Positions 1-12,099 of a stretch of DNA of 64,000 nt are shown piece by piece. This stretch comes from Eremomyces bilateralis CBS 781.70 (taxonomy: Eukaryota). Both the position numbers and the translations under genes were made by a program. The stretch lies in NCBI GenBank assembly GCA_010015585.1, contig ML975152.1; one strand, 5' to 3'. How positions within the stretch are numbered: position 1 is the first letter of the stretch; each line of letters begins with the position of its first letter. Below the pieces are notes generated by a model, which was not told the DNA's origin, searched no databases, and was given only the letters and a program-made list of their open reading frames with translations.

Positions 1-962
1 ACAACCGGAACCTTACCAACTTTGAGGTCGATCTAGAAACCACCAGTAGACTCATGGATATGGTCCCCAAAGAGACTATTGTGTGTGCCCTGAGCGGCAT
101 TTCTGGTCCCCAAGATGTCGAGCCCTATCAAAAGAGCGGTGTCGGCGCGGTACTTGTGGGCGAAGCCTTGATGCGGGCGACGGACCTCCCGAAATTTGTT
201 TCCACCCTTCTCGGGGGTGGACAGAGCGTGAGCAAGACACCAGTCAAGAATGCGCCACTTGTGAAGATATGCGGCACACGGACTCCGGAGGCTGCAAAAG
301 CCGCTATTGAAGCAGGGGCCGACTTGATTGGAATGATCCTTGTCTCAGGAAGAAGTCGGTGCGTCTCTCGAGACACTGCGTTGGCGATCTCAAAAGTGGT
401 GCATTCAACACCAAAAAGAAATGGACCGACAAGGAAATCCAGTTCATTGGCAGGTCCATCTGATTTCTTCGAGCTCACTTCCTCATACCACCTGTCGTCC
501 ACCACACGCAGCCTTCTTGTCGGAGTCTTCCAGAACCAACCGCTCGAGTACATCCTGCAACAACAAACAGAACTTGGCCTGGATATTGTCCAGCTTCATG
601 GCGCCGAGCCGGTCGAGTGGGCGCGATTGATCCCCGTTCCCGTCATCCGCAGCTTTAAGCCGGAGGAGATCGAAGCTGGCGTGCGAGGATATCACTCCAT
701 TGCCTTGTTTGACGCCGGGGCCGGCGGCTCGGGCAAATCAGTGGACCTGTCATCGGTTGTCAGCAGACTCAAGGCCGACCCGAACTTGAAGGTCCTCTTG
801 GCGGGTGGACTGAATCCGGCATCGGTACAAGATGTTCTTCGGCAACTTTCCAGCGTTCGGAGCCAGGTTGTTGGGGTTGATGTTAGTAGCGGTGTCGAAG
901 AAGATGGGGTTCAGAGCATAGAAAAGATCCAGGCTTTTGTGAAGGCAGCTAAAAGTGATTAG
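1..962 (+). CDS. TRP1: Trifunctional tryptophan biosynthesis protein (IGPS + PRAI part; 5' truncated by window edge)
   Basis: Frame is open from the window start ([15 protein letters not shown]). Motifs [40 protein letters not shown] match fungal TrpC/Trp1. Confidence 0.95.
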   Translation, partial: NRNLTNFEVDLETTSRLMDMVPKETIVCALSGISGPQDVEPYQKSGVGAVLVGEALMRATDLPKFVSTLLGGGQSVSKTPVKNAPLVKICGTRTPEAAKAAIEAGADLIGMILVSGRSRCVSRDTALAISKVVHSTPKRNGPTRKSSSLAGPSDFFELTSSYHLSSTTRSLLVGVFQNQPLEYILQQQTELGLDIVQLHGAEPVEWARLIPVPVIRSFKPEEIEAGVRGYHSIALFDAGAGGSGKSVDLSSVVSRLKADPNLKVLLAGGLNPASVQDVLRQLSSVRSQVVGVDVSSGVEEDGVQSIEKIQAFVKAAKSD

Positions 963-1641
963 ACCTTTCTCTAGAATCTTATACAGTACACCCAATGGCA
1001 GGCGGCATGCTGCTGATATTTATCCTTGGGGCCATCCATAATGGCACATGCAACAGTGAAGACATACCTGCGTCTCCTGTCATCACTGATACACTGAATG
1101 GTTGCCTCATTCTCATCGTAACGAATTCACGCTGGTCAGTGTTGTCCTGCGTAATTGTCAAGCCTCGCTTGTACACTGATTGACCACTGGAGCCTCTTAT
1201 TCAACTGATTCGACTCCTAATATCCTTCCTAATATCATGTCACTTCAACAACAGGACTCTATGGGTGATCTGACTCATTCTGCGTTCAGATCTTGACCTC
1301 TAAATCAGTTCGCTCCCATATGCACTGCAGGATTCCATATGTGTCTTCTACTTCTCTGCGAATTTTACAATACCAGCCCCAACTCAGTACCTAGTCAATT
1401 AGTCGACGATATATCACCTTTTTTGCCGATTTCTATTCACTCTGATTTATGAATGATGGCTACCAACTCTTTTTCCTTTCATTACCTTCATCCCGTTACT
1501 GTATCCAGTGCAGCCAGTGGTCATCGTGCCTTGAACACGCACTTGATCTATCGAGCATCATCCCTCAGCCGATGACATGTCTGGTCACTAATCTGAGCAA
1601 TCAGTCTAGAATACGCAGCTGTGGTACATTTCTGGGTCACC

Positions 1642-2785
1642 GTAGGAAAAAAGTACGGCGCCTTGACGAACTGCGTTATCGCTGCGACGGGGGGACTTCG
1701 GCGACAGTCACAGCCATGAGAATCTGAAGCGGTGGGCCACAGATAATGGAGGCCGAGGGAGACCATGTGACGGATGGCCTGACCCATCTGATTTGCTCCA
1801 AGTACCACTTTAAAAGAAAGACCGTTTTAGGTGGGTTACACTATGCGGCCGTGAATAATGCAACACTGACTTATGCCCGTCAGTTGCTTCCGCCTTGAAA
1901 TGGAAGAAGAAGATCGTCTCCTACGACTGGCTTGAGGATTCATTGCTGCGTCACAGCAAGCAGAGAGAGGGCACGTACCAGCGCACGAATAACAGGATTG
2001 AAGGGACAGAGACGAGCGAAGGAAGCGAAGTCACTGAAGGCAGAAGGTACCCACTCGCTTTTCATTTTACGTAGGTGTGATTTAGCACCACACAGTAACA
2101 GACCGATTCCCCTAGAAAAGCGGTTCAACGATGGCATTAAGGATGCCAAGAGAGACTTGGTGTCAAGTACGTCGGAGTCTCTCTCGTCGTCGCCCACATC
2201 GGCCGTCGAATCCCTCGCCCGGGCCCGTCAAATGAGGGCGTTAGTAGAGGGGAAGCCCTCGCCCAGGAAGAGATCGAAAGCTGACGGATGGCGTGCTGCC
2301 CCAGACAATCATCACATCTACCAAGACGCTAGCGGCTTCAGTTTCTACTGCTGCCTCGTGAATTCCGACGTGACGACAAACGAAACCGAGAAGTTCGAGC
2401 TCCGAGTACGTTTTCCTGCTTCTGATTCCGTCCACGACACACCTAACCGCGCCCCAGGTCTACGAATCCCACATCCTACCACACGCTTCCATCGGACTTT
2501 CCGTCTCAAGACGCGACTGGAGTGGGCGAAGCGCTTGGGAGGGCGGGAGGAAATCAGGGCGTTGATCCGGTCGCGGACGAGCGTGCAGGAGGCGGAGGAG
2601 GGGTATCGGGCGTGGTCGTATGTTCCGCCGAAGGAGGGGAGCCGAGGGGGATGGAGTTGGGGATTGTGGAGAGGAAGGTGGAGGTGCGGGATGAGTCGGA
2701 GATGCCAGATGTCTCTGATGTCGAGGTTGTCAGAGCGCTGTCGCTCAAGTCTGACACGCCGTCGAGCCTTGATCTACCTTTCTGA
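1642..2785 (+). pseudogene. Disrupted BRCT + WGR-like domain gene
   Basis: Manual translation gives CVIAATGDFGDSHSHENLKRW..GG / VTDGLTHLICS / KIVSYDWLEDSL (BRCT), then DNHHIYQDASGF..YESHILPH..FRLKTRLEW..YVPP..EPRG (WGR-like). Introns are present, but the blocks lie in different frames (shifts near 1755, ~2485, ~2640). Confidence 0.7.
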
Positions 2786-3286
2786 AGGGACGGGCTAGCC
2801 AGCCATATGGGACGATGATTTAGAATTCGTTACGACAATGCATATGAGACATTTATAGCGTCTTATCAATCTGAAATATATTGACCGTTGCTGGTTGATC
2901 CTATGAGTAATCTGCCATACGGTTCGACAGAGCGACGTGGAAAACTGGAAGACAAGGCAAGGGGATTGCAAAAATTCCAGGCGATTGATATCGACCGATG
3001 GAGGAAAGGTAACGCGTGGAACTGTAGAACGGCTCAGAACCACCACTTAAGTTACCATTGAGTGTCACTGTGGATCAGTCATGCCCATAACCAAACGGGT
3101 CATCCACTTAGTGATTAATTTGTATATGATGAACATGTATCTAGGTATATTCCGCACCTAGCGACGCTGCCTTTAGATCGAGGCCGCAGAAACCCAGACT
3201 TCCTTGTCCAAAAGCCCGGCTCTTCCCCCCTTTCCCCACGTGCAGTATTACAGTGAACGCATTACAGCCCAAACCAAAACCCAGCA

Positions 3287-5505
3287 TTATGCTACAGGAC
3301 TGACCTCCATCGTGTCCCGCTCCTTCGCATCTTCCAACTCCGCGAGGATCTCGTTCAGCATTCCTTCCACATCCTCTTCCTTCACGCCGAGAGCCCCCGT
3401 GATGAGCCGTTTGTAGTCACTTTGCCGCTCACTCATGCCGGCCACGCTCAGTTTCTGCACGATCTCCTTGATCAGCTTCCGGCGGGTTTCCTGTGCTTTT
3501 TGGAGCATCAGGGCAAGGGTGACGCGGTCGATCACATTGCCATCATCATCCTTTCCGTTACCTCCTCTTACACCGCTCGTCGCAGCGCCGTCGGCGATGG
3601 CTCCTGGGTTCTCTTTGTTCGACTCGTGATTGTTCTTAGCGTTTGATGATGCCGCTTTCTCCTTCTCCAAGAGCGCCTTCAATTCGGCCTTCTGCTCCAT
3701 CTCCAGGATAGCCTCCGCCTCCATCATCAGGGATGCTAGTTCCTCTTCTTGTCGTTTGTCGATTTCATCACCTTCGTCTAGCGGCTCCAACTCGGACAAT
3801 CGCTTCCGAATGACGTCGAGCTCTGCCTGCCGCTTTCTGAGTACTCGTTGTGCCTCGACCAGCTCAACATCCTTCTCTTCCAGCTCGCCATCGTAGGCGG
3901 TGGCAAGTTGTGAGAAACGGTCAAAGACGTTCGGGGCAATCTTTTGCATGAGCGTGTTGGCAGTCTGCGAGCGGTAATGTGGTGTGGATTGGATAGTATT
4001 GAAGGCGGATGAGGAAGTGGGGAGAAGTGCTCCGGCGTTGCCATTGGGTTGAGAGTCAGGGGCAAAGGGGGATGAAGATGCCTGGCGCATGCCGTTACGG
4101 TTCTGGCGGCGGATATTGAGGTCACGGATGAGATCATCTGCAGTTTCCCCGAGTTGGTTACGAATGTCCACCGAGGCATTCCGGCCCAGTAGCGCGCGGA
4201 CAAGTTTCCTTGCTCCGTTTCGCGCAGCGATGATGATGGCCGTATCGCCGTTCTGGTCTTGGAGGTTCAGGAGACGAGTTATGTCGTCGGGGGACCATGT
4301 TTCGCTGAGAACGTTGATAATGCAATCGAGGTAGTACCTTGCTGAGACGTATTTGTTCTTGCTGCTGGTAGTGGCTGCGATGTGATGGAATACGCTTGAG
4401 CCGAACCAATCCGTTTTAGCGACGGTACTGGCGAACGTCCGAACCATCCGAGGCATCGTGTTCTTGTCGAAGTTATTGGTGAACATGACAGCTCTCATCA
4501 AAGGCGTCTCGAAATTGTTGGAAAGACAATCGATACGCGCTGCGCGATTCATAAGATCTTGAACCACATCAAAATCGCCCATTGCTGCAGCCCAATGCAT
4601 GGCAGAGTGTCCTTTCTCGTCGATGGGCCGGTCCAGGTTGACTCCTGGTGGAGGTTCCGGTGGGGCGGGAAACCGGTCGTCGGACTCTAGAAGCATGAAA
4701 TAGTCGAGTAGTTGATCCGCCCAAATCTGGTGCTGCTGGTCTTGTACCGACATGTGGTCGGCTCCGCGCTTTCGTTTTCTAGCGCTTCCGGTGAAAGGTG
4801 GGCGCATCCCATCATCTTCAATTACTGAGTTTGTGACGACGGTACGAGCATCGTCACTAACATCATCGAACTGAGCGCTGGTCATCTCGTATCGATCCTC
4901 GCTGATTTGACTGAGTACTTTCAGAAGTTAGCGGGGTGAACTGGCCCATGGATATCGTCATAAAGACTAGCGACAAACCTTCGACCTTGGGAGCTGCTTT
5001 CTGACGAGGAGCTTTTGGCTTGGCCGATGAAGCGGTCGCATGTTTGGGAGCTGGAGGAGGGCTATGTTCGCCCGGGACATAGTCGAGGATGGGCTGTAGT
5101 TTGTGGAGGACTCCATTGCGCTCTGCAAGGCCCCGCCCATCTGGAAGCGGTACCCAAGTTCCTTTGAATATTTGTTAGAAAGATCCATATCGCAGGCATA
5201 GGAATCACCAACCCTGGTATTTGCCATAGCCGCCCTGAACCTTTTCATGAACTCCCTTCTGCACCTCGCGCTCCAGAATCCGGGTTCGGGCAGGCTTATC
5301 AAAGTCGGCCACCTTCAGGATATGGGTCGCATTGATCCAATCGTCGACGCGGCGGCGCATGACCAAATTGCCATCGGCGTTGAATTCGTAGACGGGCACC
5401 TGCAGTGCTGTTCAGCCGGAGCGTGAGGCAAGGGAACGCGCAGATGGAAGCACTTACATTGCTGTATGTGGCCGAATAGATCTTCGTGTTTGCATCAACG
5501 GGCAT
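3287..5505 (-). CDS. MBP1: APSES (KilA-N)/ankyrin cell-cycle transcription factor, MBF subunit (spliced)
   Basis: [65 protein letters not shown], then ankyrin repeats ([24 protein letters not shown]). First intron is 5457-5400. Confidence 0.9.
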
Positions 5506-5630
5506 TTTGGGGCGATTGGTCCGCATGCCATAGAATAGAGTACGGCGATGAGATAGGTGGTGAGGAGTTCAGGTGTATGAAGGAGGGGATGACACTTTTC
5601 GCCGAGCGATGGAACACGAGATTGAGCGAG

Positions 5631-5729
5631 ACGCGTTCGCGTCAGGAGCCCAGCCAATTTCGTGCAAATGAGGAAAGAGCGGCGGAGGTTTCGCGGGGAT
5701 GAGGGGTGCACGTGATGTAAATGCACGTG
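5631..5729. promoter_or_regulatory. MCB-like (ACGCGT/CGCG) and twin CACGTG boxes in the ~400-bp divergent MBP1/NDUFB7 promoter
   Basis: ACGCGT at 5631-5636, CGCGTCA at 5638-5644, CACGTG at 5709-5714 and 5724-5729 (TGCACGTGA twice). Confidence 0.45.
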
Positions 5730-5903
5730 ACCTGAATCATTCAGTCTCTGCTGCCTCAGGCAACTGATATTTATAAGGCACCAACCCATCGTTTTGCTCA
5801 CTGTGAACCGTGAATGGCAGCTTTGCGGCTTGCGCCCTTCATCTCCGGCTATTGAGCTTCGCACAGCTGCTGTTGCATCCAATCAATCCTTCAGACAGCA
5901 ATC

Positions 5904-6302
5904 ATGACCATCACAGAGAAGATAAAAGACGCCGTTGGCATCAGCCATGACTCTACTCCCACAGCACGTAAGTTCCATGCGCGACCCGCGAGAGATCCAT
6001 CATCAACTAACCTTCCGTAGCCGCAACCAGAGAGCAGATGTCGGAAGCCCGATTACCATTGGCGTATCGGGACAGCTGTGCACATCTCCTAATTCCGCTA
6101 AACAAATGCCGATACGACAATTACTACCTTCCGTGGCGATGCGAGGTATATCTTGGCCCAATGGTTGCCAACGACTCGAACTGACAGGGACCGCCAGGAC
6201 GAACGACACGGATACGAGAAATGCCAGTATGAAGAGTTCAAGAAGCGGGTTGCGAAGATGGACGAGCTCAGGAAGGAGAAAGGGGGCGCGAGAAGTAACT
6301 AA
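5904..6302 (+). CDS. NDUFB7: NADH:ubiquinone oxidoreductase B18 subunit (NDUFB7), 2 introns
   Basis: Spliced translation MTITEKIKDAVG..ATREQMSEARLPLAYRDSCAHLLIPLNKCRYDNYYLPWRCEDERHGYEKCQYEEFKKRV has the twin CX9C pattern. Not shown in the ORF track. Confidence 0.93.
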
Positions 6303-6589
6303 CGCAATTACTGTACAATATTGGGCCGTTACGATTTCTGTTCGCCGCCGTGGAGGGATGGATATACGGTACTGGGTCAGCTTGGCCTCAAAAAGATACT
6401 CCCAACCATGATCAATTGACATGGCTATTGGTAATCCCTAGAATTTACCGGCATGGCAAAGCGAATTATGTTTTATTGAAACGGCCGTATGAATTTCTCC
6501 CAACCGGATCTAATTGACGGACCAAATCAACCTGTGGCTCCCAGTCGACATGCAGACATACGAAGAGATGCTAAGATATGGACCAAAAT

Positions 6590-8479
6590 TTACAGCTTTG
6601 CCGCTGGGGCTTCTCCCTCCGCTTTCGCCTGCTCCCGCAACAATTTCCGGAGGATCTTTCCCGACTAAATACAACGTTAGCTTATGACGAGGCGAGCAAT
6701 GAGCGCGTTGTGTCTTACCGGATTCTTCGGGATTTCGTCGACAAACCTCACACCGCCAACCAACCTCTTGGCTCTTGAGACCCTCGGCTCCATGAACTTG
6801 TGGATATCCTGTTCCGTGGGCTTCGAGCCAACTTGCGGGATGATGTAAGCCCTGGGGTACTCTTCTCCGTTCCTATTCCATGTTCGTGAGCATTTATAAC
6901 ACGAGGACAATCCGGCATGCTTACACTGTGACACCAATGACCGCCGCATCTGCAACATCAGGATGCTCTAAGAGCAAGGCTTCAAGTTCTGCCGGGGCGA
7001 CTTGGAGGCCTTTGACTTTAATGAGTTCCTGGACAATGTTAGCAAGGTTCACATTGCCGGAATTGCACCATGTCGGACCTTCATTCGATCGACGATGAAG
7101 AACTTCCCGTCCTTATCCATATAGGCAATATCACCGGTCTTCAACCACCCGTCTGGAGTCAAGGTTTCCTTAGTCGCCTCCGGCTTGTTCCAGTATCCCT
7201 TCATGATATTCGGCGCGGTGCACCAGAGCTCGCCTCGTTCGCCCTGGGCGACCTCCTTCCCATTCTCGTCGACGATTTTGACCGCGCAGTTCGCGTTCGG
7301 TTCGCCGACGGAGAACGACTCGGAGATCTCATCCGGGTGCCACCCCAAGATGGAGCAAGTTGCCCTAGATCCGTGTTAGATCCAACGATTCCCGCTGGCT
7401 TTCCCAATGGCTCCCACTCACTCAGTCATGCCCCAACCTTGCTTGACATTGATTTTCCCCGCGGGCCACAGCTTCTCCAGTTCGGAGCACACGTCCCGGC
7501 CCAAAGGCGCCGCACCAGATCCGACCCGCTCCACACTGCTCAGGTCAAACTGCTTCGTGGCCGGATGCTTCGACATCGCCACTACAACCGGCGGCACCAG
7601 CGTCAGATCCGTGATTCGGAACTTCTGCACGCACGCCAACATGTCCAGGAAATCGAACTTGGGCATCAGATAGACGGGGATCCCCCGCTTGGCCGCACCC
7701 ACGCCGAAGATGGTCTGCGCCATGGCGTGGTACATGGGAAGGAAGCACAGCAGCCGCGTCCGCTTCTCCTTCTCCTCCGAATCAGCCGTCAACCGGCCCA
7801 AGTGCGCCATCTGCGCCGTGTTCGCAATGTAATTCGTGTGTGTGATCATGACGCCCTTCGGCACCCCCGTGGTTCCGGAACTGTAGTTCAGCGCAATGGT
7901 GCGATCCAACTGCTCTTTCGTGGTCGCCTCCTCCCATTTGAATCGCTCCCCCTCGGCTTCCGACGCGAGCAGCGAGGTCCAGTTCTTGATGTTGCCGACA
8001 CCTTTTCCCCGTCCCTCGAACGTAGCGAACCCATCGTCGAACGCGAAAATATGCGACTGGTCCAAGCCCACCTCCTTGGCGGCCTCCAGCGCAGTATCCA
8101 GACTCCCCTCGGCCGAGATCAGGAACTTGGCTCCCGAGTCCCGTAGCTGATATGCCAGCTCGCGCGCCACGTACGTGGGGTTCGCGCCGGTGAAGATTCC
8201 CCCGGCCATGATGGCCCCTTGAATCACAACGGGGAAGAACAACGTGTTCCCCGAGAACAGCAGCAGGCGGTCACCCGGCTGGAAGCCGGCGGCTTGCAGG
8301 CCGGCGGCGAGGCGCTTCGACCATTGTCGGTATGTGTGGAGGGAAAGGTAGACGGTGTCGGGCTTGACGGTGGAGATGAGCGTGGGGGTGGTGGGCAGAG
8401 GGCCATCGGGGGAACCGAAGAGGTAGGTTGGGAGGGAGACCTGGGGAATGTCAATTGACCATTTTGATTTAACGGGCAT
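6590..8479 (-). CDS. 4-coumarate-CoA-ligase-like AMP-binding enzyme, peroxisomal (spliced)
   Basis: [36 protein letters not shown] motifs. The C-terminus is AKL* (PTS1). Confidence 0.92.
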
Positions 8480-10831
8480 CTTGAAGGGGTTAGGAGGTTG
8501 ATCTGGTCGAGGAGCAACGCGCAGGGGAAACTGCAATTGAGAACAACACGACGTCAAGGTAGTAGTGAGCAGAGAATGGGGATGAAGATACGAAGCTCTG
8601 AAAATGTGCAATTGTATTGTAATTATTGGGTTTATCTACATATCCGGCCTTGAGCCCAGGATTTGACTGCCATGTGGATTGCGGGGACGATCTTTGTACC
8701 CGAGGGGAGCCAGAGTCAGTCATCCCGACTAACTAGGCCAAGCACGAATGGTATGCATATCTCCACTCTAGGACCATGCGTTCGACTCGACGCTGGACTA
8801 TCGAGGCCAGGCGGCCAATGTGCCCGGGCGCTGGATCCTCCTAGATAGTAAGATAGTAGATGGTAAGATGGACCAGTTCACATTGGCTTTCGCATGAGAT
8901 GGACGGTTGGGAAAGATTCCATTTGGATATGGTACAGCAGCTCTAGACCCTGAGATGATATGCACCCCATAACCAATTTCTGGGGAAGCCTCAGGCGTCG
9001 GGTTCCCGAAGGTACACCCGTACAGGTACCCGGTAACACATCCATACGCTGGCCTGTGAGTGGTTCGCTGGACTCTTCAGTCCGGCAATCCGCAAGCTTC
9101 CGGTTAGAATTACTGTTCGGGTGTTGTCGTGTCGTCGTTAATTCCTAACGTTAAGAGTTGATGTGGGGAAGACCCCGAGAGCACCGAATACGCTAGTCGT
9201 AAAGAGACCTGTTAGCAAGCCTCGGCAGGCCCCTGATTGGATTATTATCGTATCCGCGCCCCTGGTTCGTCAGCTGAAGCTTACCTCATCCACACTGTGG
9301 ACGCTAGATCCTTAATCTAGCGCCTACACTCTAAACGATAATGTCGTCTAAACGATAACTTGATGGGAAAAGATCGACCTACACCGTACAGTAGTCAGTA
9401 TGTCATGTGATGACTGATGAGGCTCCCCGTCCAACTTCGCGACGCCCAACGTATCGCGTCGCGTCGAAGTTGAAACCCCCAGATCTTTGCACCCCCTTCC
9501 AACTTTCTTTGTATCACGACCTAGGATCGAGCCAACTTCAGACCGAACCTGTCGCACACAGCCGGACTGTTGCTTCAGCGGCATGTCCGCGGAACAAGAC
9601 GAGCGCGTGCTCGGTTCTCTGCTCCACGCTTCCCTCTTTGGATGTGATGATCATGAAGTCTTCCAGAATTGGTTCGGCAGGGACCTAAATCGCACGAGCT
9701 TGGGGTTCGGGAAGCTTAGTCTTTCTTATGAATGCCGCCACTATTAGGATGAGAGTCTCGCGAATATCCCTATTGTCATCGACATGGGGTTTACCATCAT
9801 GTCATAGTTTCGGCATCCTTGAGACCGGAAATAGAAACGTGGTATACCCTCCCGGTTGCCCAATTCTTCCAATTTGTGGTCCAATGGCTTGCTCAATGGC
9901 CGACAGCCTGGAGGGGGTTCGACCGCGGTTTTCATAAATGCCAAAGCTGTTCAGTCGCAAGTATTTTGAGAATCGATGGTACACATCACTAGCGATGGCT
10001 CCTGTGCATCAAACCTTTCTGAGGTTGCTGTGATGTGCACTGTGCCGCCGACAGTCTGTTTCGGCTGAGGATGGCACCTGGTTGCATCGGATCCAATTCG
10101 TCGGTAGGGCAACACCCGAGCGTCGAGACAGCAAACAAGTTGGGGGGATTTCTGCTACCGAAAGTAGAATCCCCTTTGCAACTGACCGATACCTCGTCTT
10201 AATACCTCAGCACATCTGGGGCAAGCCGAGCAGGGGTATGGGCATGTGTCGAAACCGTTCCAGATCGGCACCTTCTCCCCCTTAGGTGTTTCTTCTATCT
10301 CCTCGCTATCTTGCACTTGGTACTATCACTATTGGTTTCGCATGATCTTTGGTGGCTCTGCCTTGCTTTGGGCCTCTCCTTCAAGTCACCTTTGCCGCGG
10401 ATGTTCTGCCCTACCGTTTCTACAGCTAGTTCATCGCGACTCACCGATCCCTTCGAGAAGCTCTCGTCATCTCCTGATTTCAGTGACGTATCATCAGCAT
10501 CGTATTCCCCCATGTCTTCCACTGCAACAGCAGTAGCCGCCCACTGTGCATGGAGCGAGTCGTCGCAGAAGAGGGCTATCTTCTACCGCCGATGCCATAA
10601 TGCCTCCTCTGTCTAAGATCATATCCAAGATGTAGCGGCTGAGAGATTCATAAGTATGGCCTTGGCCAGCGGACTGATTCCAATTTTTCGTCTCTCGATT
10701 AACAGTCCTTCGTTCCATTCAAGGCTCAAAGCTCTTTGACCATTCTTTTCGATTGCGCAGGTCGCTTCCAACATTTCATTCAATTCATATTAATCCTTAC
10801 GATAAGATACACTACCTCCACTTCAATCACC

Positions 10832-11817
10832 ATGCACTACTCAATCGCTATTATTCTCGGCGCGACGGCGGCGTATGTATCCGCTCACGGTCTCGTCACT
10901 GAGATCCAGGGTGCCAATGGTGTGACCATGCCCGGTCTTACAGGTATGGCGAGGAGAATAAAGAACAGCATACAAGAGACACTGACCTGATGTAGTCATC
11001 GATGGAACTCCCCGAGACTGCTCTAGCAACGGATGTGGCTCTCAGGCCGATACTGCCATCATCCGCACCCGAGAGGTCGGGGGCCGCGCCTCTGCTCTTG
11101 GCCGAACGCAAGGCGGCGGACCGGTCGATGCCGCCGCTGCGATCTCCATGTTCATGACGGGCCAAGCCGGTGGAAATCAGAATCGGAACAAGCGCCAACT
11201 TAGCCAGCTGCTCGGCGGACTGCGGGGCAAGGGCAAAGGAAAGGGCAAAGGAACCCGTGCCCAGACTGCGCAGGGCGCGCAGACTGCCAATACTGCCGCC
11301 GAGGGCGGTGTTGCTCAGGCGGCCGGGTCGGGCGCCACCTCGGGCCTCCCGACCACCGATGACAACGGTCTGATCACCATGAACTTCCGCCAGGTCAACC
11401 AGGACGGTGCTGGCCCGCTCACGGCAGCGATTGATCCCACCTCTGGCGGAACCGATGCTACTGCGTTCCAAGATGCCCAGGTCGCGCAAGACGTTCCCGG
11501 TCTTGGCTTTGGCGGGCTCTCGGGTGCTACTATCGAGGATTTCCCCCTCACAGTAAGTAATCCCCGTTCTCGTCATGCGGTGGTACTCTCTAAATCAATC
11601 TCAGGTCCAAATGCCCCAAGGGATGACCTGCCAAGGCTCTGCTGGCGGTGCCGACAACGTCTGTATTGTCCGGGTTCAGAATTCCGCGCTTGCGGGACCC
11701 TTTGGTGGCTCCGCTGCGTTCACCCAGTCGCCAGCTGCCCAGAAGCGGGCGGTCGAGTATAATCTCCGCAAGCGACACATGGCCCGTGGCATTCTCGGCA
11801 AGGACAAGGAGGCTTAG
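10832..11817 (+). CDS. Secreted GAS1/gEgh16-like (DUF3129) protein, 2 introns
   Basis: Signal peptide followed by AHG, DGTPRDC, QVNQDGAGP, C..RVQNSALAGPFGG motifs. Confidence 0.88.
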
Positions 11818-12099
11818 TTCCACTTTAGATGTTAGGGATGGGACGTAGATCCGGCAAAGGCTGGGTTGCTGTGCAAGCCGCTTTGCAACATATGGATCTG
11901 CTTCGTCCTCTGCGTTCTCTGTATATGGAATCAGGGCCCGTTTCGGGACACAGAATATCCAAACCTAGAAATTAAATCTCGTCTGCGAAAGTTTATACAG
12001 AAGCCAGTGAGGGTAGATTGCGAGCCTAGTCGCACACTTTTGGTTGGAAGACTAGAATTTTGCGCAGATACTATCTCTCCTTTAGTATTGCCATCTATA

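Noticed and set aside
7070..8146. Long antisense ORFs (also 35869-36705, 29958-30692, 57317-58066)
   Set aside because: Shadow ORFs opposite GC3-rich real genes.
9300..10620. Short ORFs between the 4CL-like and GAS1-like genes
   Set aside because: No recognisable motif or coherent exon chain. A decayed gene cannot be excluded without a homology search.
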